This document shows, in pieces, positions 1 to 9,153 of a stretch of 64,000 nucleotides of DNA. The notes below the pieces were generated by a model that was not told the DNA's origin, did not search any database, and saw only the letters and a program-made list of their open reading frames with translations. The DNA comes from Ruminococcaceae bacterium UBA1404 (GTDB lineage Bacteria > Bacillota > Clostridia > Oscillospirales > Ruminococcaceae), in assembly GCA_002305075.1 (NCBI GenBank), contig DBQC01000022.1:22238-86237 (forward strand). Direction: 5' to 3'. Every line of letters begins with the position of its first letter. Position 1 is the first letter of the stretch. The position numbers and the translations under genes are program-made.

Positions 1-115
1 GGTCGAGGTGGCCAAGAGTGCTGCGTGAGAGGGCGTAGTAGGTTGAAGGTGCCACTCCGCTGGGGCCTGCACCCAACAGCAGCGTGTTTTGGATGCCATC
101 CAGTAGATTTTTCAT
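1..115 (-). CDS. 5' end of an unidentified CDS running off the left edge (MKNLLDGIQNTLLLGAGPSGVAP...)
   Basis: ATG at 115-113 on the minus strand. GGAGG (rev-comp of 123-127) lies 7 nt upstream and the frame stays open to the window edge. Only 38 codons are visible. GAGPSG hints at a dinucleotide-binding fold. Confidence 0.35.
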   Translation of the reverse strand, partial: MKNLLDGIQNTLLLGAGPSGVAPSTYYALSRSTLGHLD

Positions 116-233
116 ATTTTAGCCTCCTTTTAGGTTGCTTTGTAGCCGGGGGCGAGGGCATGCAACGCCCGAGACGACTTTATTGTAGCACAAAAGCCAT
201 GGGTCCACAACGAAAAAGCCCGCCTCCCCAACC

Positions 234-270
234 TAAAAAAACCCCCGCCTCAGGGAAGGGCGGGGGGTGG
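234..270 (-). terminator. Rho-independent terminator after the CofE-like gene
   Basis: On the minus strand, a CCCCGCCC...GGGCGGGG hairpin is followed by a T-run (plus-strand aaaaaaacccccgcctcagggaagggcgggggg). Confidence 0.6.
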
Positions 271-287
271 CGGAATGGGCGGAGCCT

Positions 288-1469
288 TTAGCGCCGGACC
301 GCATAGTTGGTAAAATAGTTTTGTATATGGATGATGGGGGTGCCCCTGTCTCCGCTGCCGCTTATCAGGTCGCTTAGGCTACCGATAAGGTCGATATAAC
401 GGCGGGGGGTGGTGCCCTGAGCAGCCAGGGAGCCGGTGAGATCCTCCGACTTTTCCAGGATATGTTGGCGCATGGCGTCGGCCAGCGCATCGCCGGTAAG
501 CTCGCTGAGCTGGTTGTCGGCAAAATATTTAATCTTAAGCTCATTGGGGGTGCCGGACAGGCCGGAGGTAAAGGCCGGCGAAACTACTGGATCGGCAAAT
601 TCCCAGATGCCGCCTACGGGATCCTTAAAGCAGCCGTCGCCATAGATCAGCACCTCCACCCGCTTGCCGGTGAGCTCCATCATGCGGGCCTGAATGCCCT
701 CCACCACTGGCTGGCAGTCCCGGGGAAATAGCTTGACCGACTGCTCGGTGGCCATATTCGAGCCCAGCAGCCCATAATCGGGGTTGTAGCCACTGCCCAG
801 AACGCTCTCGGTGAGGATGTTGTCGAGGGTAAGCACCCGCTGAGCCCCCGCCCTGCGCAGCCTTCGGGCCGTGCGGTGGCGGGTATGAACATCGCAGCAG
901 AGCACATGGTCGGTGTAGTTAAGTATGTGGGTGGGGTCGCAGGAGAACAGCAGCTCCACATTGTCCCCAAGGCTTTTGTAGTATTCGATGTAATCCACGC
1001 CGGTAAAGGGATGGACCGTGGGACCGAACATGGCTCTGAAGCCCTGCTCGTCAAAGTGGTCGGTGTAGGGATTTATGCCTTTTTCGTCCACCGTTTCCCA
1101 AGATACCAGAGCATTGCCCACCTCGTCCGACGGGTAAGAAAGCTGCACATAAAGCTTCTTGCAGCTTTGGGCCGCCGCCTTTAAAATAAGCGAAAAGCGG
1201 TTGCGGCTTAAAATAGGGAACACAATGCCCACACTGCCGCCACCGAGTTTGGCGGCCATGTCGGCAGTCATTTGGTCGAGGGTAGCGTAATTGCCTTGGG
1301 TGCGAGCCACCACCGATTCGGTGACGGCGATGATGTCGCCATCCTGAACCGAAAATCCCTCGGCGGCGCTGGCCCTAAGCAGCGCCTGACAGGTCTCTTC
1401 AATTAAATTGTCCCCCTGCCTGAAGATGGGGGAAATAATGCCTCTGGCGGTTACGCCGGTATAGCGCAC
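288..1469 (-). CDS. F420-0:gamma-glutamyl ligase (CofE)-like family protein, long form
   Basis: 393-aa ORF with a GTG start. It resembles the CofE/F420_ligase fold family as found in Clostridia (GDxIxVTESVV-type N-terminal segment, YGDG..KDP..G C-terminal segment). Recognised from memory, not searched. Confidence 0.55.
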   Translation of the reverse strand: MRYTGVTARGIISPIFRQGDNLIEETCQALLRASAAEGFSVQDGDIIAVTESVVARTQGNYATLDQMTADMAAKLGGGSVGIVFPILSRNRFSLILKAAAQSCKKLYVQLSYPSDEVGNALVSWETVDEKGINPYTDHFDEQGFRAMFGPTVHPFTGVDYIEYYKSLGDNVELLFSCDPTHILNYTDHVLCCDVHTRHRTARRLRRAGAQRVLTLDNILTESVLGSGYNPDYGLLGSNMATEQSVKLFPRDCQPVVEGIQARMMELTGKRVEVLIYGDGCFKDPVGGIWEFADPVVSPAFTSGLSGTPNELKIKYFADNQLSELTGDALADAMRQHILEKSEDLTGSLAAQGTTPRRYIDLIGSLSDLISGSGDRGTPIIHIQNYFTNYAVRR

Positions 1470-1584
1470 GGGTCATCACATGCCTCTCGTTTAACTTAGG
1501 CGGCGGATTCTTGCCCGCTCCAACCTATACTATAAGATAAAACCGTTTGATTCGCAACTTTTTTTGTATGAATAGACCAATGTA

Positions 1585-1613
1585 TTGCTGAAGGATATTT
1601 TTTACGCTATAAT
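1585..1613 (+). promoter_or_regulatory. Candidate sigma-70 promoter upstream of hcp
   Basis: TTGCTG (1585-1590), 17-nt spacer, TATAAT (1608-1613). It would give a ~170-nt leader before hcp. Confidence 0.35.
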
Positions 1614-1786
1614 GGCGATAAATGGGGGTTCTGTAAAAAATTTCGGAGAAACTTGTCTGCCTTACATAGATGCGTTGCAAATCCAACATACTGTTTGGTA
1701 AATTGCCTTATAATTGCAAGTGGCTCTAAGGGGCTTCGGCCTCTGCTCAATAAGCAATGTTCTATCTAGAAAGGGAGGTTGTTTTC

Positions 1787-3337
1787 TTGAAAAATATGTT
1801 TTGCTTTCAATGCGAGCAAACGGCCGGCAGCGTAGCCTGTACCGGCAAGGCAGGTGTCTGCGGCAAAAAAGACCACACCGCCAATCTGCAGGATGAGCTG
1901 ACGGGTACCCTCATTTCGCTGGCCGCCGGTCTCGAGGGCGCAAAGCCTAACGAGGAGCAGGTGCGTCTGGCTATGGAAACCCTGTTTACCACCATCACCA
2001 ATGTCAACTTTGACGATGAAGTACTTAAAGCCCGCATTGCCGAGCTGAAGGCCGTTTTCCCCGGCGAGAGCTACAACATGACCGACATCTGGGACGCTCA
2101 CGAGGACATTCGCTCCCTCAAGACGCTGATTTTGCTGGGTCTGCGCGGCATGGCCGCCTACGCCCACCACGCCTATGTCCTGGGTTACCAGAACGAGGAA
2201 GTCAACGAGTTCTTCTTTAAGGCCCTTGCGGCCATTGCCCAGCCCGACTACGGCATGGACGAGCTGCTGCCGCTGGTGCTGGAGACCGGCCGAGTCAACC
2301 TTATCTGCATGGAGCTGCTGGATGCGGCCAACACCAAAACTTATGGCACACCGGTGCCCACTACCGTTCCTCTCACCATCGAGAAGGGGCCCTTTATCGT
2401 CATCACCGGTCACGATCTGCTCGATCTCAAGCTACTGCTCGAGCAGACCGAGGGCAAGGGTATTAACATCTACACCCATGGCGAAATGCTGCCCGCCCAC
2501 GGCTATCCCGAGCTTAAAAAGTATCCCCACCTAAAGGGCAACTTTGGCACGGCTTGGCAGAACCAGCAAAAGGAGTTTGACAACATCCCCGGTGCGGTAC
2601 TGTTTACCACCAACTGCCTGATGCCCGTAAAGCCCAGCTATGCCGACCGTGTATTTACCACCTCGGTGGTGGCCTATCCCGAGATGGTGCATATCGACGA
2701 CAACAAGGACTTTACCCCCGTGATTGAGAAGGCTCTGGAGCTGGGCGGCTACGCCGAGGATCGCCCCATGACCGGCATCAACGGCGGCAGCACGGTGACC
2801 ACTGGCTTTGGACACGGCACGGTTCTCTCGGTGGCCGACAAGGTGATCGACGCTGTAAAGGCCGGCGCCATCAAGCATTTCTTCCTCGTAGGTGGCTGCG
2901 ACGGTGCCCGCCCCGGCCGCAACTACTACACCGAGTTTGTTCAGCAGTCCCCCGCCGACACCGTGATACTCACGCTGGCCTGCGGCAAGTACCGCTTTAA
3001 CGACCTCGATATCGGCCAAATTGGCGGCCTGCCCCGCATCATGGATATGGGTCAATGCAACGACGCCTATTCGGCCATCCGGGTGGCGGTTGCTCTGGCC
3101 GAGGCCTTTGAGTGCGGCGTAAACGACCTGCCCCTGACGCTGGTGCTGTCCTGGTACGAGCAAAAGGCCGTGTGTATTCTGCTCACACTGCTGCATCTGG
3201 GCATCAAGAACATTCTGCTGGGCCCCACCCTGCCCGCCTTTGTAAGCCCTAATGTTCTCAGCTTCCTAAGCGAGAACTATGCCCTGACCCCCATCAGCAC
3301 TCCGGAAGAAGATTTGGCTCGGATTCTGGGCAAATAG
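1787..3337 (+). CDS. hcp: Hybrid-cluster protein / hydroxylamine reductase
   Basis: N-terminal MFCFQCEQT...C...C cysteine cluster and full-length Hcp-like sequence. GGAGG at 1774-1778 favours TTG 1787 (8-nt spacing). ATG 1796 is the alternative start. Confidence 0.9.
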   Translation: MKNMFCFQCEQTAGSVACTGKAGVCGKKDHTANLQDELTGTLISLAAGLEGAKPNEEQVRLAMETLFTTITNVNFDDEVLKARIAELKAVFPGESYNMTDIWDAHEDIRSLKTLILLGLRGMAAYAHHAYVLGYQNEEVNEFFFKALAAIAQPDYGMDELLPLVLETGRVNLICMELLDAANTKTYGTPVPTTVPLTIEKGPFIVITGHDLLDLKLLLEQTEGKGINIYTHGEMLPAHGYPELKKYPHLKGNFGTAWQNQQKEFDNIPGAVLFTTNCLMPVKPSYADRVFTTSVVAYPEMVHIDDNKDFTPVIEKALELGGYAEDRPMTGINGGSTVTTGFGHGTVLSVADKVIDAVKAGAIKHFFLVGGCDGARPGRNYYTEFVQQSPADTVILTLACGKYRFNDLDIGQIGGLPRIMDMGQCNDAYSAIRVAVALAEAFECGVNDLPLTLVLSWYEQKAVCILLTLLHLGIKNILLGPTLPAFVSPNVLSFLSENYALTPISTPEEDLARILGK

Positions 3338-3354
3338 CGATAAAACCCAATAAA

Positions 3355-3387
3355 AACACCGCCCCTTCATCGGGGCGGTGTTTTTAT
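3355..3387 (+). terminator. Rho-independent terminator of hcp
   Basis: caccgcccc / ggggcggtg stem followed by TTTTT. Confidence 0.8.
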
Positions 3388-3598
3388 TGCAATTCTTATA
3401 ATAGTCACTGCCGCTATCTTCTGCCATGATACATGATACCGCTGTCGTGAAGGCCCCAATTCTTGTATATTATCATATCATGTATCGAGATGCCTATCGC
3501 GACTGGGCGCTCAGCTTGCTTTATGCAGTCCCAAAAGGAGGTGAAGGATCATTCACCGAGCAAATTTTAGCAGCGCAATAACTTGCCGCCAATTAAAG

Positions 3599-4114
3599 TT
3601 GTCTAGCACAATTCGGCGGCTGTGGATCGAACATGTATTGTGGACGCGCTTTTTTATTGTAAGTACAGCATTTAATCTCGAAGATCTTCCATTTGTCACA
3701 GAGAGGCTGCTACAAAATCCCGTTGATTTTGCCAAAGTGCTACAATCGTTTCACGGCAACAAGATCGCCATGCGGTTTGAGCGGCTTTTTGCAGATCATC
3801 TTTTGATTGCAGCAGCTCTCGTTAATGCGGCAAAAGCGGGTAACGCTGCGGAAGTAGAAAAACAGCGCAGGCTTTGGTATGCCAACGCCGAGGATATTGC
3901 CAGGTTTTTAGCCTCGATCAATCGTTTCTGGAGCAAAAATGAATGGAGAAAATTGCTGTTTGACCATCTTCGCATGACCGAAGATGAGGCCGTTTTCATC
4001 CTGACCGGCCAATATGAAAGAGGTATAAAAGTATATGACCACATTCAAGCAGAAGCCTTAGAGATGGCCGATGTGATGACTTGTGGCATCATCCGCCAGT
4101 TTTGCATTGAATAG
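3599..4114 (+). CDS. Conserved hypothetical helical protein (LW-x-EH-x-x-WTR family). The true start is probably upstream at 3548/3551.
   Basis: ORF-track start is TTG 3599 with no SD. The frame is open from 3545 and a perfect AAAGGAGGTGA SD sits at 3534-3544 (see finding). Confidence 0.6.
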   Translation: MSSTIRRLWIEHVLWTRFFIVSTAFNLEDLPFVTERLLQNPVDFAKVLQSFHGNKIAMRFERLFADHLLIAAALVNAAKAGNAAEVEKQRRLWYANAEDIARFLASINRFWSKNEWRKLLFDHLRMTEDEAVFILTGQYERGIKVYDHIQAEALEMADVMTCGIIRQFCIE

Positions 4115-4131
4115 AAATACAGGGACAATAG

Positions 4132-4180
4132 AATACCACACAAAGGCGCCATGCTTTTGTGTGGTATTGCTATTTTGTTT
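4132..4180 (+). terminator. Rho-independent terminator
   Basis: 13-bp stem aataccacacaaa / tttgtgtggtatt followed by a T-rich tail. Confidence 0.7.
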
Positions 4181-4221
4181 AGGATGTAGAGTCCGGTTAA
4201 AAAGCTTGGATTTAAAGCTTT

Positions 4222-4524
4222 TTAGCTCCTTGTAGGTTGGGGCGGGCTTTTTTGCGGCTGTTTGTCCTGAAGCTGCACCATCTCTAAAATGTCCCGATAG
4301 CGGCTGGTAATATAGGCGTAATTTTTAGGGATGTGGGGTACCAGACAGTTTGTGCAGTCTTTAATGCCATCGTCGGTATAGACAAAGTTGCCCCCGCACC
4401 GGCGCCCTAGGGCGTAGAGCGGACAGTAGCAGAACAGGCAGTTAAAGTTGTCCGAGTCTGCCCCGGCATGACAGGGAAAAAATTCGCAACTGCGGTGGGT
4501 AAAAATCTTGTAGTTTTCGCTCAT
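4222..4524 (-). CDS. Cysteine-rich small domain protein (metal-binding, PF04071-like)
   Basis: MSENYKIFTHRSCEFFPCH...CLFCYCPLY...C..C pattern. ATG 4524 with an AAGGAAGG SD. The longer track start at 4569 lacks an SD. Confidence 0.65.
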   Translation of the reverse strand: MSENYKIFTHRSCEFFPCHAGADSDNFNCLFCYCPLYALGRRCGGNFVYTDDGIKDCTNCLVPHIPKNYAYITSRYRDILEMVQLQDKQPQKSPPQPTRS

Positions 4525-4628
4525 GGTATCACCTTCCTTTGAGCCTGCTTCCAATAGAGTATAACACATCCCCCGCCGCCGGGAAAGAGCGGAAAAGTCC
4601 TGCCGCCAGCGTCCTGCCTGTGCTTTTT

Positions 4629-6002
4629 TTACCGGGTTGTAAAATATAGCATAAAGGTAAGAGCCAGCAAATCGGCGCAGCCGCCCGGGCTTAGGTTCTC
4701 CCGTGTAAATTGCGCATCAAGACGCCGGGCCTCGGCAAGGTAGTCTTCGGGGCTGCGGGGAGCGGCTTCCAGCCAGTGGGCCACCTCCCGGGCTATGCGG
4801 CGCTGGGTTTCGGGGTTGGAGCGGTGGATGAGGTTGGTGTCCTCCACGGTGGCAATCAGATGGAGCAGCACCGCCACGCCGGCCTGCTCCAGCGACCAGC
4901 CCTCGGACACCAGTCGGCGCATCAGCGGCAGTCCCAGCTGCCCCACCGCGGGAAAGCCCGCCGCTGCTTCCCCCCGCACACCGGCAATGCGGTGCCGGGC
5001 AAAGAGCCGCTCGCCGGCGGTTCGGGCGGTCTCGGCCGTAAGCGGCAAGAGGTCGCCCTCGATGGTGGGGGCCGCCGCCTCTGCCACCACACGCAAAATC
5101 GCCTCGGGGTCTTTTGCTTCGGGCCCCTCCCCCAAGTAGCCACAGGCCGCCGCCACCAGCCCTAGAGAGAAGATGAGCCCCTTATGGGTGTTCACGCCAC
5201 CTGTGGCCGCCTGCATAGCCTCCTCGGCCTGTATGCCCCGGTAGCGCAGGCGGGCCAGCAGCTTAGTAGGTGGAATATCCCGGCTGCGGCAGCCAATAAG
5301 GGCCATATCTCTAAAGTAGCTGCAGAGGGCAGCGGCGCTGTCTATAAAGGTAAACAGGTCCATATCGGTGTGGGCGCCGCTGCCCAGCCGGTCGACCAGT
5401 CCGGGCTTAGGGGTGACCGACACCTCGTAGAGCATGGAGCGCAGTGCGTTTTGGGCGATCTGCTCGGCCAATCGGCCGTCAATATAGTCGGTGATCAATG
5501 TGCGGGTAGCCCGCTGCAGCTCCTCTATGCCATGGGCCCGACTGCGGGCACAGCCGGCTCCGGGTGCTCCGCAGACAAGGCAGCCCCGGGGGGGCAGCCC
5601 TATCTGTGCGCGGTCGACAATTTGGCCTGCGCCGGCAAGGACATCGATGTCGAACAGCCGCCCCAGGCCGTGACCCTCCTCAATGGCCACCATGGCGGCC
5701 TTGACCTTGTGGGCAGGAACATCCACCAACCAGAAGCCTTCGAGACCGGTGGGGGCACTCACTTGCCGATGTTGCAGGGCCGTCCAACCCCGGCGGGTCA
5801 GCTGGAGCTCTACCTCCTGCCAACCGATTTCAAAGGCCCGGTCGGTAAGCGGCGAGCGTTTAACCGGCCCCGGGATGTTGAGGGTGTAGCTGATGAGGCT
5901 GGCTCCCCCCGTCAGCAGCTCGGCCTGAAGGGCCGCCCGGCGCTCCCGGGCCTCCAGCACCTCCGAAAGGCTCACCTCGGGGCCCGTAAAGGGGGCGGTC
6001 AT
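4629..6002 (-). CDS. citXG: Bifunctional CitX-CitG: apo-citrate lyase phosphoribosyl-dephospho-CoA transferase fused to triphosphoribosyl-dephospho-CoA synthase
   Basis: The N-terminal ~170 aa is CitX-like and the C-terminal ~280 aa is CitG-like (VTPKPGLVD, NTHKG, GG.ADLLA). It is divergent from citDEFC. Start taken at ATG 6002. Confidence 0.8.
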   Translation of the reverse strand: MTAPFTGPEVSLSEVLEARERRAALQAELLTGGASLISYTLNIPGPVKRSPLTDRAFEIGWQEVELQLTRRGWTALQHRQVSAPTGLEGFWLVDVPAHKVKAAMVAIEEGHGLGRLFDIDVLAGAGQIVDRAQIGLPPRGCLVCGAPGAGCARSRAHGIEELQRATRTLITDYIDGRLAEQIAQNALRSMLYEVSVTPKPGLVDRLGSGAHTDMDLFTFIDSAAALCSYFRDMALIGCRSRDIPPTKLLARLRYRGIQAEEAMQAATGGVNTHKGLIFSLGLVAAACGYLGEGPEAKDPEAILRVVAEAAAPTIEGDLLPLTAETARTAGERLFARHRIAGVRGEAAAGFPAVGQLGLPLMRRLVSEGWSLEQAGVAVLLHLIATVEDTNLIHRSNPETQRRIAREVAHWLEAAPRSPEDYLAEARRLDAQFTRENLSPGGCADLLALTFMLYFTTR

Positions 6003-6330
6003 GGCCCTTTCTCCGGCTCTGCCCCCCACATAACGCCCTCTATGACGGTGCGGTCGATCTTGTCCCGGATAAAGTGCAGGCGGTGGTCGGATATGTTATT
6101 CATATAAAACGCCCCCTGTGGTGGTATTTGTATGCTCTCTATTGTACCGTGAAAATCTCGATAGGCCAAGGGGCAAGGGCAAAAACTCCGGCGCTTTTAT
6201 GGGATATCTCGGGGAAAGAGACGGTGGTAATCCTGCCAGTCTATGCTACAATAAAGGCGAGATTGTATCCGGTATCCACAGCTGCAAAGCATGGCCGTGG
6301 ACTGGGTGCCGACTGAAAAGGAGTGACGCC

Positions 6331-6645
6331 GTGAAAATTGAGGTGGCAGCCATGGCCGGCACGCTGGAGTCGAGCGATGTTCAGATAACGATAGAGCCTG
6401 CCGAGCAGGGTCTTAGTCTGAGCATCAGCAGCAGCGTTTTGGGCCAATATGGCAGGCAGATTAAGCGAGTGGTGCTCGATACGCTCGAGGGCCTTGGGGT
6501 GCGCCACGGCCGGGTAACTGTGGTGGACAAAGGTGCCCTCGACTGCACCATCCGAGCTCGGGTGACCTGCGCGGTCTACCGTTCGGCGGGCATCACCCAC
6601 AGTATTCCTTGGGGGGAGGTGCCCGTAAATGATCCATCCCGATAA
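6331..6645 (+). CDS. citD: Citrate lyase acyl carrier protein (gamma subunit)
   Basis: GTG 6331 after AAAAGGAG. AGTLESSDV motif containing the prosthetic-group serine. ~104 aa, typical of CitD. Confidence 0.85.
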   Translation: MKIEVAAMAGTLESSDVQITIEPAEQGLSLSISSSVLGQYGRQIKRVVLDTLEGLGVRHGRVTVVDKGALDCTIRARVTCAVYRSAGITHSIPWGEVPVNDPSR

Positions 6646-7537
6646 AAACCGTCTGCGGCGCACCATGCTGTTTTTGAGCGCCCAGCGCCCCAGCCAAATG
6701 AAGGACGCCTATATCTACCGGCCCGACTCGGTGATTTTCGACCTTGAAGATGCCGTGGCCGAAAGCGAGAAGGACGCCGCCCGCTTTTCGCTCTTTCATA
6801 CCCTTAAGACGGTGGATTACGGCGACTGCGAGCGCATTGTGCGCATCAACGGCCTGGATACCCCTCACTGGCGTGAGGACATACGGGCCAGCGTGGCCGG
6901 CGGCGCCGAGGGCATTCGCATCCCCAAGTGCGAGTCGGCCCAGGAAGTGGTGGAGGTGGAGGCCGCCATCGAGGCCGCCGAGGAGGAGTTTGGCCGCCCG
7001 GTGGGGCGCACCCTCGTCATGGCCGCCATCGAAAGCCCCCGGGGGGTGCTGAATGCCTCCGCCATCTGCGAGGCGGGCCGACGGATGTTTGGCGTGGCCA
7101 TCTCGGGGGGCGACCTGCGCAAAGCCATGCAGACTCGCTACTACCCTAAGGGCGAGGAGATGCTGGTGCCCCGGGGCATGGTGCTGCTGGCCGCCCGAGC
7201 CGCCGGCGTGCAGTGCTTCGACACGGTTTTTACCGACCTTGAGGACATGGAAGGCTTTCGCCGGGAGGTGCAGCAAAATAAGGAGATGGGCTTTGACGGC
7301 AAGTCGGTGATAAACCCCCGTCAGATCGCCATTGTCCACGAGATTTTCACCCCCACCGAGCGGGAGATTATCGAGGCCGAGCGGGTGGTGCGGGCCATTC
7401 GGGAGCAGGCCGCCGAGGGTGTGGGCGTGTTTACACTAGACGGCAAGATGCTGGACATGGCCTTTTTGCCCGGAGCCGAGCGGGTGCTGGCTTTGGCGCA
7501 GGCGGCCGGACTCTATGAGGGGGATTTGGTGCCATGA
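6629..7537 (+). CDS. citE: Citrate lyase beta subunit (citryl-CoA lyase)
   Basis: HpcH/CitE-like sequence (RRTMLF.P, DLEDAV, FDGK..INPRQI). It overlaps the citD stop. Confidence 0.9.
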   Translation: MIHPDKNRLRRTMLFLSAQRPSQMKDAYIYRPDSVIFDLEDAVAESEKDAARFSLFHTLKTVDYGDCERIVRINGLDTPHWREDIRASVAGGAEGIRIPKCESAQEVVEVEAAIEAAEEEFGRPVGRTLVMAAIESPRGVLNASAICEAGRRMFGVAISGGDLRKAMQTRYYPKGEEMLVPRGMVLLAARAAGVQCFDTVFTDLEDMEGFRREVQQNKEMGFDGKSVINPRQIAIVHEIFTPTEREIIEAERVVRAIREQAAEGVGVFTLDGKMLDMAFLPGAERVLALAQAAGLYEGDLVP

Positions 7538-9087
7538 TGAATTCTGTTGGTAGAGACATTCCCGATGCGCTGCTCACCGATGGCAAGGAGGTTTTTCGCG
7601 GCAGTCACCACCGGGACGGCCTAATCTACACAAAGCCCGGCCCCACGGTTCGTGCCGGTGTAAAGCCGCTACATAGCAAGCTGCTGCCCAACCTGCGGGA
7701 GGCCATTGTGCAGTGCGGCATCAAGGATGGCATGACCCTCTCCTTTCACCATCACTTTAGGGATGGCGACTATGTGGTCAACCTTGTGATGGCCGAAATT
7801 GCCGCCATGGGTATTCGGGATATCACCATAGCCGCCTCCTCACTGGGTAGTGCCCACGACCCGGTGGCCCATATGATTGAAACCGGCATCGTCACCGGCC
7901 TGCAAACCAGCGGCATCCGGGGCAAAATAGGCGAGGCTGTGTCCCACGGCAAGCTTAAAACCCCCTGCATCCTGCGCTCCCACGGGGGGCGGGTGCGGGC
8001 CATCGAGCAGGGCGAGCTGCACATCGATGTGGCCTTTATCGGCGCACCCACCAGCGACGAATACGGCAACTCCCGTGGCACCGGCGGCAAGAGCGACTGC
8101 GGCGTGCTCTCCTATGCCATGGCTGACGCTCGATACGCCGACAAGGTGGTGGTGGTCACCGACTGCCTTGTGGATTTCCCCAACTTCCCGCCCTCCATCG
8201 AGGCGGTGGATGTGGACTATGTGGTAGTGGTGGATGCTATTGGCGACCCCCAAAAAATCGCCAGCCAGGCCACCCGCCTAAGCAAAGACCCCCGGGAGCT
8301 TAAAATGGCCGAGGACTGCGTGCGGGTGGTTGCCGCCACCCCCTACTTTAAGGATGGTTTTTCGTTTCAGACCGGGGCGGGCGGACCCTCGTTGGCCACC
8401 AACCGCTTTATTGAGGCCGAGATGGAGCGCCGAGGCATCACCATGCAGTGGGCCATTGGCGGCATCTCTCAGTCCACGGTAGATATGCTGCATAAGGGCC
8501 TGATTAAATACATCGTGGACGCGCAGGACTTTGACATGGCGGCGGTGCGCTCGGTGAACAACAGTCCCGGTCACTTTGAAATATCCACCTCTCAGTACGC
8601 AAACCCCATGAACAAGGGGGCCTTTGTTAACAAGCTGGACTTTGTGGTGCTGGCCGCTTTGGAGATTGATGTGGACTTTAATGTCAATGTGGTCACCGGC
8701 TCGGACGGTGTGCTTCGGGGAGCCCCCGGCGGCCATCCCGATGCGGCTGCCGGTGCCAAATGCTGCATCATTGTGACGCCGCTGGTGCGGGGCCGTATGC
8801 CCACGGTTTGCGAGCGGGTGGTCACGGTGACCACCCCCGGCGAGAATGTGGATGTGCTGGTCACCGACTACGGCATCGCCGTAAACCCTGCCCGACCCGA
8901 CCTGATAGAAGCCCTTGCCAAAGCCGGCATAAAAACCACCACCATAGAAGCCCTTAAGGATAAAGCCTACGCCATGGTGGGGGTGCCCGACCCGCTGGAT
9001 TTTTACGACCGGGTGGTGGCCGTTGTGGAGGCTCGGGACGGCACCTTGCTGGATGTGGTGCGACAAATCAGGCCTCTTGAGCTATAA
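7534..9087 (+). CDS. citF: Citrate lyase alpha subunit (citrate CoA-transferase)
   Basis: 517 aa in the position expected in the citDEF order. ATGA overlap with citE. Confidence 0.9.
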   Translation: MMNSVGRDIPDALLTDGKEVFRGSHHRDGLIYTKPGPTVRAGVKPLHSKLLPNLREAIVQCGIKDGMTLSFHHHFRDGDYVVNLVMAEIAAMGIRDITIAASSLGSAHDPVAHMIETGIVTGLQTSGIRGKIGEAVSHGKLKTPCILRSHGGRVRAIEQGELHIDVAFIGAPTSDEYGNSRGTGGKSDCGVLSYAMADARYADKVVVVTDCLVDFPNFPPSIEAVDVDYVVVVDAIGDPQKIASQATRLSKDPRELKMAEDCVRVVAATPYFKDGFSFQTGAGGPSLATNRFIEAEMERRGITMQWAIGGISQSTVDMLHKGLIKYIVDAQDFDMAAVRSVNNSPGHFEISTSQYANPMNKGAFVNKLDFVVLAALEIDVDFNVNVVTGSDGVLRGAPGGHPDAAAGAKCCIIVTPLVRGRMPTVCERVVTVTTPGENVDVLVTDYGIAVNPARPDLIEALAKAGIKTTTIEALKDKAYAMVGVPDPLDFYDRVVAVVEARDGTLLDVVRQIRPLEL

Positions 9088-9153
9088 AAAATCTTGGCGC
9101 TGTGGTACAATAGCCCCATATTCGGCTGCCCATCAGCCCTAAGGAGGATGCCT

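Noticed and set aside
25-291. 88-aa plus-strand ORF at the left edge.
   Set aside because: It spans an SD, a minus-strand gene start and a terminator. It is Pro/Gly/Arg-rich and has no SD of its own.
1620-1786. HcpR/FNR- or NsrR-type operator upstream of hcp.
   Set aside because: Only loose repeats are present (TTGCAA ... TTGCAA). There is no clear TTGAT-N6-ATCAA, TTGTGA-N6-TCACAA or GTAAC/GTTAC palindrome, which is not enough to call a site.
5184-6107. Long antisense ORFs opposite citXG, phoR (11116-11934), cbiD (26128-27000), gdhA (62893-63657), pstS (15701-16441) and others.
   Set aside because: Same reasoning. The opposite strand carries a confidently recognisable gene, and the translations are Gly/Arg/Ala/Pro-rich with no motifs.
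6118-6330. N-terminal extension of the citD ORF (175-aa track ORF).
   Set aside because: CitD is ~100 aa. GTG 6331 has an AAAAGGAG SD and the upstream part has no homology-like features. It lies in the divergent promoter region.
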